64,000 nt of DNA from Octopus sinensis (GCF_006345805.1 NC_043003.1:44206001-44270000), one strand, 5' to 3'. Positions 1 through 14,186 are shown, counted from the first letter of the stretch. Notes: generated by a model not told the origin, from the letters alone. Made by a program: numbers and translations.

Positions 1-181
1 ATAGTATTAACCCCACTTGCTTTTTTGTTTGTTTGAAACCTACTACTTATTATATCGTCTCTGTAACCGCTAATTTATAGGGCCATAAACACACCAACAT
101 CGGTTGGTGTGCGTCGGTGGGGTGGAAAGGCAAAGATACTCATACATAGATGCATATATATATATATATATATATACGAAT

Positions 182-216
<35 letters not shown>

Positions 217-269
217 CATATATACATACACACACACACACACACATATATAGATATATATATATATAT

Positions 270-450
270 AGGGAGAGTTTATGAAAAAAACAAAAGACGA
301 AGGCAGGTGGTATACAAAACAAACAGATGTATTGGTATAACGCTCAGGAATCGAAAAAGTATTTAACGTTTCGAGCCTACGCTCTTCTACAAAAAGGGGA
401 CAGAAAAAACAAGGAGAGAAACAATGTGTGTAGTGGCTAACGAATATCTC
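270..450 (-). repeat. Dispersed repeat, probably derived from a Penelope-like pseudo-LTR (copy 1)
   Basis: Clearly similar to 56418-56605 (gagagttta..aaacaaaagacg..caggtggt..ttcgagccta..aaaacaaggagagaaa..tgtgtgtagtgg). The minus strand reads TTGTAGA-A-GAGC-gtag-GCTC-GAAA-CGTTA, a decayed hammerhead-like motif. Confidence 0.5.
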
Positions 451-719
451 TTTTCAAGGGTTTTAGAGAAATCCAAATCCATATAATAAAAAGTTTTATT
501 ACATACTTAGCCGATCAGCGTTTGCGAAGCTAATTTTTTATGTTAGTAGATTAGTAGCTAACGAAGCGTTTTCGTTAGCTGTGCCCGCCACTGTATATAT
601 ATATATGTATATGCATGTATGTGTCTGTGTATGTGTGTTTCTTCATGTACGCATGTATGTATGTATGTATGTATGTATGCGTTCATGCAGAAACACACAT
701 ACACACATATGTGTGTGAT

Positions 720-761
<42 letters not shown>
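720..761. repeat. (TAG)n microsatellite
   Basis: Perfect trinucleotide tract; gives the poly-V in ORF 615..818. Confidence 0.95.
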
Positions 762-1615
762 ATTGTGTTTTTAGTTTATGTTGTAGCACTTTTAGCAGTA
801 GCAAGGGACATGGATTAGTCTAAGTAATTCAGAATAATCCAAATAGACTGCGTCACGTATCAGACAATTCTCTTCCACCAGTGAACTTTAGAATGACTAG
901 AAGTACTACTTTTCAAGTGCCAATTAACATACACGCTAAAAATTTATTGTGTTGCGGAGACTGGGCGTTCTTGGCGCTAAAATTTCATAAATCCATTGTT
1001 TTTTGAAATGGGTAATATTTATTCGGCGCCTATATTTTCTCCATACATAAAACGATTCCTTGTATATTATTTCAATAATTGCTTTCCAAAATGGTTACAT
1101 ATAATAATATCACACAAGAAGTATTATTTACTTTTGCCTTAAGGCTTACATCTTCTAACAACTTCAGTACAATTACGTGATTACAGATATATCCACTCTT
1201 ATCGATTTATCTTTGTTCATTAGTTGGTTCTGAATACCCAGAAGTTGCTGTACAGAGAGACATTACATATACATATAAGACACGTACAGAAGACAGTTTA
1301 TAAGTTAAGATACAATGTACTTTTCGAAGTTCATTACTACACCCTCTTTACCTTCAAGATTTTATTTGATCATCATCATAGTGGGAACTTTGGAGACAAT
1401 TGTGCAGGGATGCATATCCTCACACAGACTCACAAAAACAAGCACGCACACATACAACACATACACACATTCCAACACAATCATACGTACACAGGCACGC
1501 ACAGAAACTGAGCTATAAATAGTTATGTGTGTGTTTGTATATGTATGTATGTGTGTATGGATATATATATATATATAATATATATATATATAAGTATATA
1601 TATAGATAATTATAT

Positions 1616-1665
<50 letters not shown>

Positions 1666-3059
1666 AGCTCAAATAAAAGTTACAAACATCATTAAGGGAT
1701 AGTAAAATCAAATGAAAATACTGGTTAGTTACCTATACAAGGTACGTTGAACATTACAGTTAATATTCAACTGTAATGTAACTGTAGATATATATATATA
1801 TATATATATATATTTAAATAAAATATAAAAATAGAGTGACAATTAATAAATTATTATTTATTAATTTAAGAATAAATTGACAACATCTCTTACAGCTGCT
1901 TCAATTCCAGACCATCAGAAAATGAATTAATAAAATTGAAAATTACTTGAAAGTCGAATCTCGTGAGAGCTAGTTTAACATATACAAAATAGGTGTTCAT
2001 ATCCTGCATGTTGAGTATTAATGTTAATAATTAATTTGCGGAAGGTTTCGAATTGAAACAACTATAAAAGATGTCAATTTTTTTTTGTTTTATAAATAAT
2101 TATGTAAATAATTATATAAATAATTATGTATTTTCTTATCTTAGATAAGATAGATGGAATATGGAAGATACAAGAATGTTTATTGATTACTACTAACATT
2201 TCGACCCATCTAGCATCGATCCCTTATTAATGGTTATTATACAGCTGGTTTAGGTGTATCCATCGGTCTAGATGTGTCTGCTCAGGTGTTTTCAAGAGGT
2301 ATCGCGTGAAAATAAACTCTATCGCACACAACTTATTTCTGCCAGTTTTCTTCGTTGTCTTCGTATGTAGAAAGGGTAAATTAAGGAACAGAGCTTCATT
2401 TTCGTAGAAAATACATAGCAAAGATGAAATACAAAAAGTAGCAAATACGCAATGCAACGAAAAATAATTATTACGCATAACCGTTAGTAGATATAAGTTT
2501 AAAGAAACTCGCAGATACATGATCTGGCGCACGTACACTCGCTCGTACAAATGCACACGCACATACAAGCTCATGAATACAAACGCATGGTTTGGTGCAC
2601 ATACCCTCAGACTCAGACTTAAATCGGTATGACTAAAAACGATGCAAATTACTGGTATACAAGGGCCAAAGAGCATCCCAGTGGTTTGGGTAAGTAGTTT
2701 GGCATGATGTTAATAGGAACGGAGAGGTTGCTGTCATTCATTCATACAATTGGGTATATTGTGTTTATTAATTGAGTCAGCGAATACTCTAATTTATGTT
2801 GCCTGTATTGTGTGAAGGTGCATTTCGCAGCATGAGAGTATCTTGTTGGCTTTTTGGAAACCTTATTGATGAACTTCTCACTCGTCCAAAAAACGCACAG
2901 TGGTTCCTCGGAGCATAGGGTGAATCTACTGGCAATGATGTTGTATGGTTGTGCTTATCTTAATAGAGGCCGAGTGTGATCATTTTTATCTCAGAGTTTT
3001 CGAGTTGCCACATGTCACACACATACACACACATATGTATGTATACACATACATACACA

Positions 3060-3478
3060 GATTGCGATGTATAAATTGCCGCCATTTTATATTTTTAATT
3101 CCTGTGAAGGTTGTTTTGATTTTGTTAACTACATTGTATAGTAGGGATGGTCGAGAAAAACAGTATCATGATGCAATGCATTCTGTCAGAAATTTAGAAA
3201 CAACATGCTGTACCGCTTGGAATTCAGCACGGAGGAAGCAATGCAAATATTTCAGAGTATTTGGGTGTCAATTTGAGGACAATGCAGAGGATTCGGAACG
3301 AGATGGATCAGTTTAATGGTGATTACGAATGAACGGCAGGTCGGAAACTCACTCTGATCGTTCTGCTAAGAAAAGAACTCCTCAATTTGTTGGTGAGACC
3401 CAAGACATGATTGACAACGATCACTCCAAGTCAACCAGTTCAATTGGCAGAGACATAGGACCGATTGAGCTTCTTATC
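3060..3478 (+). mobile_element. 5' fragment of a maT (DD37D-type) Tc1/mariner element
   Basis: Collinear nucleotide similarity to 9600-9950 (gtatagtaggg..cgagaaaaacag..tctgatcgttctg..aagaaaaga..ttgttggtgaga..ttgacaa..tccaa..ttcttatc), which continues into a recognisable maT transposase. Confidence 0.7.
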
Positions 3479-4590
3479 GGATATCGTGATCACATAAAAG
3501 TTGTATTAGATTTACTTAAGTATGATGAAAACAAATGATTCATATGAGTGGATCTAAACATTGTGAACTTTTTACTCGGTCAACAAAGAAGGTGTGCAAA
3601 ATATCCGTGCATCCTGTGTTTATGGGATAACCAAGCACTAGACAAACATTGGGAACTGAAACATTGGCTGGTTAGAAAGGCTTTATTTTGGGGGAGAACG
3701 ATATGATACACCAAACACTTGTTGAGTGAGAGAAAATCATCTTTCCACCACTTTATATTAATTTAAGACTAGTGAAGTAATTTGTCAAAGCTCTTAATGT
3801 GGAAGGGTAACTGTTTCAAATTCATATGTACAGCATTTCCTGGTCTAAGGTATGATAAAATAACGGCTGGTGTTTTTGATGGGCCACGAAACAGAAAGTT
3901 AGGGAAATGCTAGAATTTCTCGAACCTGATGGCTGACTTAGAAAAAAAGAGCATGGGATTCATTTGTGGCTGTTGTGAAAGGATTCTGGGGAAGTGAAAA
4001 TCCTGAAAACTACAAGGATTTGATGGAGACATTAGTTGATTGCTTTTATCTTTTAGGCTGCAACATGACCATAGCACTATATTTCCTCAATAGCCATTTC
4101 GATGAATTTCCTGCTAGTCTAGATGTGAGCGATGAGCACGGTGAGCATTTTCCTCAAGCAATTAGGATGATGGAGGAGAGATATCAAGCCCGATGGAGCA
4201 CACACATGATGGTAGACTACTGTTGGTGTATTCAAAGAGACTGTGTAGACATGAAATACTCTACATGCTCTCGAAAGCGGAGATTTGTAATATGAATACG
4301 AATGGTTTGTATTTTATCCATCATATTAGAAAATTAATAGTATGTATTTAGTAGAAAGTGATGATATCCTACATTTCGTATTCCATTGACATTATAATTT
4401 ATGGTTTGAAGCTATAAGATTTAGAGAACTATCCTGATAAATTAAATTATTTATACAGTAAATCATAAAATAAGGGGTTTATTATAAAATGGAAACATGA
4501 TGTGTTACGATAAATATTTGAGACCAGCATCTCAAAATTAAATAAACATAACCATAAAACCGAACTCAGCAAAAAGTGAGTTGAGGAGTG
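3479..4590 (+). mobile_element. Degenerate DNA transposon, Chapaev3-like (CMC/Transib-related) transposase C-terminal half plus right end
   Basis: Broken frames read LLGQQ..KYPCILCLWD..KHW, EKIIFPPLYINL, FVKAL, AGVFDGP; ORF 3966..4295 has LGCNMT..FLNSH..SDEHGEHF..MEERYQARW..MMVDYCW. These motifs are typical of this family. The element ends in ...GAGGAGTG at 4590, consistent with CAC..GTG termini. Family name is from memory. Confidence 0.7.
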
Positions 4591-4599
4591 TATTAAGGT

Positions 4600-5755
4600 G
4601 TGATGCACAGTTATTCACCTTCCTCTCAATATTTGTTGCGGTGGCCCCTATTTTCCGAGACGACTATGATTCGTTTAGGCTTGCTGCAAATCAATGATTG
4701 AGTCAGTTCTATGTTTACAGACCTCCTTTATTATTGCACGAGAGCTTTAAACCGTTCAGTATTTCTTGGCTCTTCTCCGTCAAGTGGGATTTTAGGAATG
4801 GAACACAAATTTTCAATAGAAATTAAATCTGGAGAATTTCCCGGAAAAGACTCCAAAATTTCAATACCTTTCTCTCCAAGATACTTTTTAATCTTTTTCG
4901 CAGTGTGGCACAGTGTTCCATCTTGTTGGAAAATGCAAGTTTCTTCGACAAACCGCCTCTTAATGCTTAGGAGAAGATGGGATTCAATGATATTTTGCCA
5001 CCATGTGGAATTCAAACAAGTGTTTGCATTTTTTGCAAAACCGACAGTGATCCAACGCCCTTGGATGAAAAGGATCCGTACATTTGAATAGTTTCTGGAT
5101 GCTTAACAGTGGGCCCGATACAGGCCTCATCATAGTGTTCACATTGCCGCCTTCTAACGAGCGTTTTTCACGATGTCCAAAACAACTGAAATGGTGCTTC
5201 ATCAGAAAAAAATCACTTTATCACATGGCTCACTGCGCAATTCTTTATATTTTCTTCAAAAGGCAAGCCTGTTTTTCACTTGTTTTCTTCTTCCTTCAAG
5301 GGAATATCTTTAACAGCAATATCTTGTTTTGTTAGGCTATTTTGGTGGAAAGAAATAACGGACTGGCGTTTTCCTTGTACCAATAACATCCCTGCAATAA
5401 AATGAAATAAAAAGGTATTTGTAAGGATGAAGAGCATTCATTAATTAAAAATCAGTCATAAATGACACATGACGTCATATATAACTTTATTTACTGTTCT
5501 TGTTATTAATTATTAGTTTGCATGCGATTCCAACTTGAAATCATCAAGAGAAATGCGATTCCCACTCGTAGGAAATATAATCAATTCCGTAAACTAATGA
5601 TTATTGGCAATATCTATTGGTTTTCAATTTTTTTTTTCAAATCTTAGTGGATAACAGATGACCTCTTAAAATAATATGCTATCATTAACATTCACAAAAA
5701 TTTCACACGAAATAACAAAAATACGGTGTTTGTTCAAACCATTGGCCATGAATTT
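4600..5755 (-). mobile_element. Degenerate Tc1-like transposon (DDE transposase pseudogene)
   Basis: Minus strand reads VIF/SDEAPFQLF..VRRR..PTVKHP; ORF 4731..5015 has IFQQDGTLCHTAK..PGNSPDLISIENL. A TIR-like segment (gttcaaaccattggccatga) lies near 5732-5751. Confidence 0.85.
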
Positions 5756-5874
5756 AATGAAAATGTTGTAAAGCTGGGGTATTATTCAATCGAGTAGATT
5801 TTTGATAATCTTACCTATATTTGAACTGGAAGGTGAGATGAGGCAAACGGAGAGATTCAATGTATATATATATA

Positions 5875-5912
<38 letters not shown>

Positions 5913-6586
5913 TATACAGAAACAAATGTGTTATGTTCTAGTCTGATTTTTGGATAGGAGACTTGATTCGAAAAAAGACACTCCAACACAGTAAAAATAT
6001 ATATTCTCTGGATATACAGAAAATTACATAGAATAAACGTACATATTTACCTTAAATATGTTTACCTTAAATATGTACGTTTCACATACGCTTTGTAATT
6101 TTGTTATATCAATAACAGTTTCATAACGATAAATATTGCTAAATTGTAAATACTTCGTAATAATACATAGGTAATTCATGTAAGGATGTTCAAATTCAAT
6201 AAAATTAGACATTGCATTTATCTAAATAGGCTGAGGTTTTTTTTTTGTTGGACATAGATTTCGAAAAAAAACATAGAATAATAAGTAAATACACCAGTGC
6301 ATAAAAACAAACGAACACACCCACAAGCACGCGTATATGTGTGCACAGACATAGAAATATCAATGCATATAAAGATTTTCGTAACTTGAACAAAAACACT
6401 ACAGTATATAACAAAAAATGATCCACAATTCCAATATCTAAATTTTACGCTGATCTATATTGACATACAGATATATAGATATACATATATATGCATAAAC
6501 TTTCATATTACGCAACACGTACAGATATGGATGCGCACGCATACACAGGCACACACGCACAGAAGCACATATGTCTATTTGTGTAC

Positions 6587-6618
<32 letters not shown>

Positions 6619-6774
6619 TCGTGTGTGTGTATATGTATGTATAAGTAAATGTATATATGCATACAGAGGGAAATGCTTTCACTTGTGTGTAGAAAAATGC
6701 ATACAACAGATAAATACGTACATACATATATATATCTTTATATATATATGTATGTGTATATATAGATATATGCG

Positions 6775-6814
<40 letters not shown>

Positions 6815-6952
6815 GTGTGTGTGTGTGGTGTGTGTGTGTGTGTATGTATATATATACATGTATAATGTGAGCGAGTGTGACTGTGTTTGTGTATCTGTGT
6901 GATAGAGAGAAAGAACGATAGACAGACTGCATGTATATATATATATATATAG

Positions 6953-6992
<40 letters not shown>

Positions 6993-7454
6993 AGATATGA
7001 ACACTCTTTCATATATATTTTAGAGTCTGCGCACATACATTTAAACCTCGTTTAAGTAGAAAAATTAGCTGTTAATGCTTAAGTATTACTCCCATTGAAA
7101 GCATTGTCGGTGCTTTCGAACGGCAGGAAATGAAATACTTTCCACTGCAATCATAGTAGTCTGCTGCGTATTACATTACTACAGATAAGCAATTAATATT
7201 AATAGTTTTCATTATAGTTTAATTTTGTATAGTTCATATATCGAGTTACAGCATATTAAATAACAACAGTGTATTAAGTGCAAATGAAACCAGTTTTATT
7301 CCTTTAGAGACTATTTTTGGATAAAAGAATATACTTTTGTATTTTGTTTGCAATTCATGTGAGCTATTATGTTGAAACAGATTCTATTGCCTTGCGGGAA
7401 GTACATTATGCCAATAATAAACACACGAACTTCTTTAGAAGTATTTTTCAACTA

Positions 7455-7665
7455 TTCGCCGAGTTGGCAGAATAGTTAACACGCCCATTTAAATGCTTGG
7501 CGTTATTTCGTCCATCTTTATTTACAGTTCAAATTCCGCTGAAGTTGGCTTTACCTGTCATTAACTCAGGATCGATAAAATAAATACAATTTAAGCCCTG
7601 CGGTTGATGTTATCAACCAACCCCTCCCCAAAATTTCAGGCATTGTGCAACTCGTAAAAAGGGTT
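7455..7665 (+). mobile_element. Degenerate tRNA-derived SINE (same family as 35447)
   Basis: gagttggcagaatagttaacacgcc..gttcaaattccgctgaagttggctttacc..atcgataaaataaatac matches the cleaner copy at 35447. Confidence 0.7.
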
Positions 7666-8684
7666 ATTACACTTTAACCAACTTACCGTTTAACCAATGA
7701 TTTAATCGAATATTTGATTAATCTTTCAGCTAATAATCAATCAAATAGACCATGATTTTTATGCCAAATTTGATGTAGGTCTGTTACGCGTCATTCTATC
7801 TCCTAGTTTGCAGATTCTATTTTATATACGAACATGAATGAGAATATGTTTTAGGGAGAGAAAGAAAGAAAGAAATGAAAAGATAGGAGAAAGGATTTGC
7901 GTGTGTGTGTTTGTGTGTGCTTGCACGCGCACTTTATTTTGTGGATATGTTTGCGTGAAGCTGTAACCTGTCTTTCATGGAGAACTCTTTCCTGTAAGTA
8001 AGAGTGTGAGAACATGTGTTTATTTATGTGTGTGTGCGTGTGCTTTGGTCATCCGTGTATGTGTATTGTATGGATTTTCTAGATATTGTTTCTGTCACAT
8101 ACTCCAATTCTGGGTTAAAAATACCCTGCTCCGTTTAGTCCTAGTTAGGTCGCAGTAAATGAACAGTAATGCATAAAGAGCACTATATATATAATGAACT
8201 GCAAATGTTTCGGACAACTGTGCGTGGCCCAAACCGTCAGTCTTTACTAATCCCTGTCGAACACATTCTTCCTTTTGGAGGGATTTGTTCGTGTTATTTG
8301 TAAGTAGATTACAGTGGCGAAATTTGTTTTGGTTTTAATTTTTTTGTGTCGCTTAAGTCATTTAAACGACATTCCAATGTAAGTCAACTGTGGAGTCCAT
8401 CGACAGCAGCAACGATTAGTAGAGAGTATCATTTAGTGCAAGATTAGAGAAGGAATATGTCTCTGGTTACTCAATGGTATAGCTTAAATCAGTACACCCA
8501 GAAATGAATAAACTACATGGAATGAAAATCTATTCATTTATGCATAATTTAAAAAGAGTATCATTCATAGAGTAATAACATAAATAATTACATTATACAT
8601 ATACATGTGTGTTTGTGCGCGCGTCTGTGTGTGTGTCTGTATATGTGTGCATGTATGTGTGTACATAGATATATATGTATAATC

Positions 8685-8835
8685 ATTTATTTGCTTCATT
8701 CATTGGACTGTTGTCATGGTGGGGGAACCACGTAACTGTTTTGTTTTAATTTTTAAATCGGTATCAGTATTTACACGCCCCACCTCAGCGGGGCACATGA
8801 ATCAAACACCAGTGGCAGAATAAGAGACATACACA
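8685..8835 (-). mobile_element. Degenerate SINE 3' fragment (family of 52160 and 57315)
   Basis: ttgcttcattcattggactgttgtcatggtggggg..cggggcacatgaatcaaacacc resembles the tail at 57315-57535. Confidence 0.45.
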
Positions 8836-8993
8836 AAAACAAATACACGTATACATACACACACTTACACATATATTTATATACCCGATAGGCTACGTTC
8901 ATTTTTGTGTATCAGTTACACTCAAGAATTTATTTCGTCGTGGTGAACTTGCTGTCACTTGATCACACAAATGAACACAAACAACATGCACGA

Positions 8994-9036
<43 letters not shown>

Positions 9037-9599
9037 AAGACACAAAGACATACGCATACAGGCACACACATATTCAAACACATATATACGCACAACAACT
9101 ACAACAACGCAAATACACATTTCTAAAAGTATTTTTTCGTATTTATAATAACATTCTTTGGGTTAGGGAATATTGAAGCAAACACAGAGCGGTAAATAAT
9201 GTAAACAGTAGGTTGAAAATCCCTTTTCGTTCAAAAAAAAAAAATCGAAAGCTGCTCATAGTATTCGATCCCACATCTTCGGTTCACATAAAGATTTTGT
9301 AAGGATCTTCCATATTTCTGTGAATTAGTTCGATATAAAAAAAATTAATGACAATAATATCGATTACAAATCTTGAAACGAGGACAGCAATTTCGCCACA
9401 GGCGGTAAGTCTATAAGAACAACCCCAGAGTTCAATTGATATTTACTTTATCGACCCCCAAAAGATGAAAACAAAATGTATAGTGACCGTAATATTAATA
9501 CTAACAACTTTTTCAACTCTATGAATCCTGATTTTGAGATGAAAGCCATCAATAATTACAAAGTATTGTGTGTGTGTGTGTGTTTTTTTTATGTGCGTG

Positions 9600-10720
9600 T
9601 GTGTGTATTGTTTGCTTACAGTATAGTAGGGTTAGTTACACACCGTTTCCGAGAAAAACAGCACCATGACGGAATTCATTCTCTACGGTTGTACTGCTTG
9701 GCGTAAACGCCGGAGGCTCCACTACAAACATTTCAGACTGTGTGTGTCAATCTGAGGAGAGAGCAGAGGATTTTGAAAGAGATGGATGAGTCTAATTGTA
9801 CTTACGAAGGAAATCTCATTCTGATCGTTCTGATAAGAAAAGAAAAGAATTCGTGAAATTGTTGGTGAGATCCAGTTTATTATTGACAATGATCGCTCCA
9901 AATCCATCAAGCCCATCGTCAGTGAGATGAGAGTGTCTGAATTTCTTATCAAGCAGTTGGTGTCTAAAAATATACGGTATTCCTCATACAAGATGCGAAA
10001 GGGCGAATTTTTGACAACAGGAAAGACCGCGCTACGAAGCTTTTGAACAATCTTAAGCATCCCCTCCAATAGAACACGAGAATAATTTCCTGACAAGATC
10101 AGATGGTGAATACTCGGAACAACCGTTGGCTTTCAGTGTTCCTAAAGCCTATACCGAGTATGATAAAAATCAAACATCCAGTCAGCATCATGGTGTTTGG
10201 AATGATCACTAGTGACGGTGACATTATGACTCCATTTATTTTCCCACAGACTCAACACGGTGGACTACAAGTGGCTGGAGGAAGTATTGCTGCCCTGGGT
10301 CAAGTTGGTGTCTGCTGGAAGACCCTATGTCTGACCACAAGACAGTGGACCAGGTCACACAAGCAGGCGTACACAGTCATGGCTGTCAGATAATTTCTGC
10401 GACCACATCACCTCTAACATCTGGCCCACTATCTCTCCAGACTGCAACACTCTTGATTATTATGCGTGGGCCCAGTTGAGCGAGAGACCAGCAAAACTCT
10501 TTCTAACACCTAAGATGAACTGAAGGCAGCATTCACCAACTTAAACAATCATCCAGAAGAGTTGCAGGAGATTCCGAAGTTGTCTGAAGGCCCTGGTTGA
10601 AGCCAATGGCGATTTTATTGAATAAATTTAGTCTTTAATATTCCAAAATATTTTTATGTAAATTTTGTAAATAATTTTTTCATTCTTGCGTAATTTAGGC
10701 GGCACTTTATTCACTGCACT
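9600..10720 (+). mobile_element. Degenerate maT (DD37D-type) Tc1/mariner transposon
   Basis: ORF 10103..10393 reads NNRWL..KHPVSIMVFGMITSDGDIMTPFIFP; downstream frames give QDSGPGHT and IWPTISPDCNTLDYYAW, a mariner-like third D with longer spacing. Multiple frameshifts. Confidence 0.85.
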
Positions 10721-10779
10721 TCATATGTGTTCATACATACACACATAGACACACACAAACACGCACACATATATCATGT

Positions 10780-11020
10780 TATGTGATCACGTGACCGACC
10801 AGACTATCAGGTGTTGTTACACATCGTTGGTCAAGATACGTTTTCATTGATGTAGCCTTCGAATTACATCAACCCTCTGACTAGGTGAGCAGTCCAAAGC
10901 TGTCTCTCCAAAGGGGGACTGGAGAAACGTGAAACGTTTTGCTCAAGAACACAACACGCCGCCGAATCACGGACTCGAACCCACGATCGTACATGTAACA
11001 GCCTAAATATTTGCCATGCC
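10780..11020 (-). mobile_element. Degenerate tRNA-derived SINE
   Basis: Minus strand has a B-box-like gggttcgagtcc followed by gtgttgtgttcttgagcaaaac, the usual layout of a SINE head. Confidence 0.6.
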
Positions 11021-11167
11021 CAAATCAACGAACACAATCAGTAAAATCTCCTTTATCAGATTTGCATAACGAGAGACAATTTTTTAATCATACATTTATC
11101 ATATTAACACTCTGCCGTAACTAATATGTTCTCCTTTCGATTGTATGCATCTTGCGAAAACACACAT

Positions 11168-11207
<40 letters not shown>

Positions 11208-11589
11208 TATATATATATATATATATATACAGACAGACACACACACACAGCCTCACACACAACACACACATGCACGCACAAACGTGCGTATACTCTAATG
11301 CATACACAACAAATAAGCACAACACGCACAAACAACAAACAGGAACACGCACAAAGAAGCTCACACATATATACACGCGTCCACCTATGGGCAATGTTGT
11401 GTGTGAGATATTTCAGATATTTACGTTGCTTCTATTTCTAATCCAGTGAATATTCATGTAATTGCACCGTAGATGATCGGCAGATATTTGACATGCTGAA
11501 CTCAATAATATAAAATAAACATTTAATAAACATCAACATATTGAAACTACAGCATGGTGAATAGGAACATAATCTTCTGAATATAAACA

Positions 11590-12120
11590 TTAAGCCTTCC
11601 ACAATCTCTTAAACTGTCTAGTAGCAAATTTCCCTTTCAGTCTATCATATTTCGAATAATTACTGCGATTTTGTGGAAGGTATAGTCTTTTCGTATCAGA
11701 CACTGGAAAGCGGCCTTAATTCTATGCATGCTAATGTGAAATCTAAGAGTTGTGTAACTAACGTAGCTTTAAAAATTGCGGAAATATGTTTATCAAGAAT
11801 CCATCTGAAATGTTAGGTTTCTCATCTGCCACTCGTTAAAACATAAGAGTTACAAATAAAATAGTTTTCGTGGAAAGGGAGAATCCTATTAAGCTCCAAT
11901 CAGATAACACCAAGTTGTTCCGTTGTCTTGACATATCTACCGACCAAATTCCCCAGCAAATAACTCTGTGCGGATTTAGACTATTTGTTATTCAAATATA
12001 CACTTTGTAGTTTCGATTGCCGTAAATAATTTTTTAACTATTGGGGATTACCTTGGTCAAAATAGCAGTATCCTGACCATTGGTACTTCTATGACAATGA
12101 TTTATTTATCTGCTTTGTGA
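11590..12120 (+). pseudogene. Possible highly decayed Penelope-type reverse transcriptase fragment
   Basis: Broken frames give FRIITA, CLDIST..IPQ (compare xDxxxLYTxIP) and GLP..YFYDNDL (compare GxPMG..LYL) in the expected order. Very degenerate. Confidence 0.25.
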
Positions 12121-12229
12121 ATTATAATACCTGAACCTGCATGCATTGATGCAGCCTCCGATAGACCCTACTAGTAGTAACATTTTAACTCCTTTGATAT
12201 ACACTCATCAGTATAAGTCCTCAAGAAAA

Positions 12230-13450
12230 TACAGGGTGCGCCAGTTTTTGAGATCATTTGTATAAATTTAGGAAAATACGTGTAACCCCTCAAAGAATAG
12301 CAATATTTGAAAACATATTGTTACATGTAATCTTGAGAATGATTTTGTCACATTTAAAGAACCCACTGGCAGCATCGTTGTCTGGTTAAATACGGAGTCA
12401 GAGGCGTTGAGATGCCCATATCATATGCTCTTTATTAATTTTAGATATTGCGGACTTTAGAGATTGGATAGTGTTTTGAAAGTGGTGATCTAAGTCTCTC
12501 TTGATCACGCTGCTTACGTTGCACTCCTATGTATTGAGATCTGTTGAGCTTGGAAACGAAGTGTATGGGGCAACATGATTATGGAAGTCGGGACGCATCC
12601 ACACTTGGGTCGTCCTAACCTAATGAGACGGAGCAGTGTCTTGGAAGACACGTTCTTCTGTTGCATGCTCCGCCTATCCGGAGCCTAACAGATGTTTGCA
12701 ACATATTTGTGTAGGCAGTGGCATTGACTCTTCAGCCATCTAAAATAACGTGAAGAGGCATGACCTCTCTCTAACTGCTGCCGGCTTTTAGAACCAGCAG
12801 AGTTACTTGGATCTTTGTATACATGACCGTTAGAAAGTCATTGGAGTCACTGCATATTTGTTTCCCTTTTATTCGAGTTACCTTTGGGTCCAGAGCGAAG
12901 TATTTCTCATTTGAGTAAATCATTCCTGCCTCTTGGTGTTCGAAGTTATTTAGAAAGCAATTTACTCGTACCGTCTGAGTGAGTCTCACTTGCCACGTTG
13001 ACAAACTTACAGTTTGTACCGTATGTCCCCAAGCACAATTCTTCACATGGTGCATTCTGAAAACTCGTGTTTTTTTGCAATGGCACTAATTAACTTTGCG
13101 GGGTTCTTATCGTTTATTTCAAAGTTATGTCCTGACTGTAATAAAAGTCAGTGCATCCATTTTGCCTTTTAATAACAGATATTGGATCCACTTCAGCAGC
13201 TTCGATCTCCTTTCGATCATTGACAATTGCATGAAGGGCCGGGCTACGTTCAGAAGGCAAACTATCTCTCTAGAATTATCCTACGCTTTTAAGGCAAAGA
13301 ATACGGCGTGCCTCTTCGATTTCTGAGTCAACATGACGTCTTTCATTACTTATTTGAAAAGAAGGGTAATACAAAAACGTCAGAAGTATATTAAAGCTTG
13401 TGAAAGAGGCGTCTTCAAGAGTACCGTGGCGCACGGTATACATGCTGGAC
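12230..13450 (-). mobile_element. Degenerate maT (DD37D-type) Tc1/mariner transposon
   Basis: TA plus a CAGGGTG TIR start at about 12230. ORF 12771..13055 (YSNEKYF..DPKV..VMYTK..TLLVL) matches the FSDEK..MHTKFPASVMV region; further on the minus strand come QDTAPSH and PSSTDLNT. Confidence 0.8.
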
Positions 13451-13926
13451 TCCATAAACCATTGACGAGCCGTGTATGCAATAAAGAAGATACTAAATCT
13501 CTACTTAATTTAGGTCGAATCATATCACAAGATGTAATTTATAGAGCATGTACGTAAAGTACGTTTAACATTTAATCCTTTAGGGAGATAGTTGATGTCT
13601 CGGTAGGTCTTTTCATGAAGGAAATACATATATAAGTATGGCCAATATTCATGATTTAAATTATATGTTGAGAAATAATGTTTAAAAACAAATTTCAGCA
13701 TTAGTAGATATATATATATATACGGTTGTATGCATGAGATTTGGTATGTCAGGTCAATTATACATAAACATATATACACGTATATTTATGTGTGAGTTAT
13801 GTGCAAGCATTCATACACGTGTTTGTATGTGTGCGCTTAGCAATATATTATCGTATGTGCATAGAATACAAACCTGAAGCTGCAAATATATACACATTCA
13901 TAAATACACACACACACACACACACA

Positions 13927-13991
<65 letters not shown>

Positions 13992-14135
13992 GTGTGTGTG
14001 TGTGTTTGTATTATTACAATTCACTTATAACAATATATATCAATATTCATCGATTTTCACAGTCTATTTCCGTGTGTGTATGCGTCTATGCAAACATGCT
14101 GTGCGTCTATGTGCCTGCGTCTATGTGTCTAACAG

Positions 14136-14186
<51 letters not shown>

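Noticed and set aside
8205-8245. Minus-strand CTGACGG..GTCCGAAAC hammerhead-like string
   Set aside because: Non-canonical core with no convincing stem I or NUH site.
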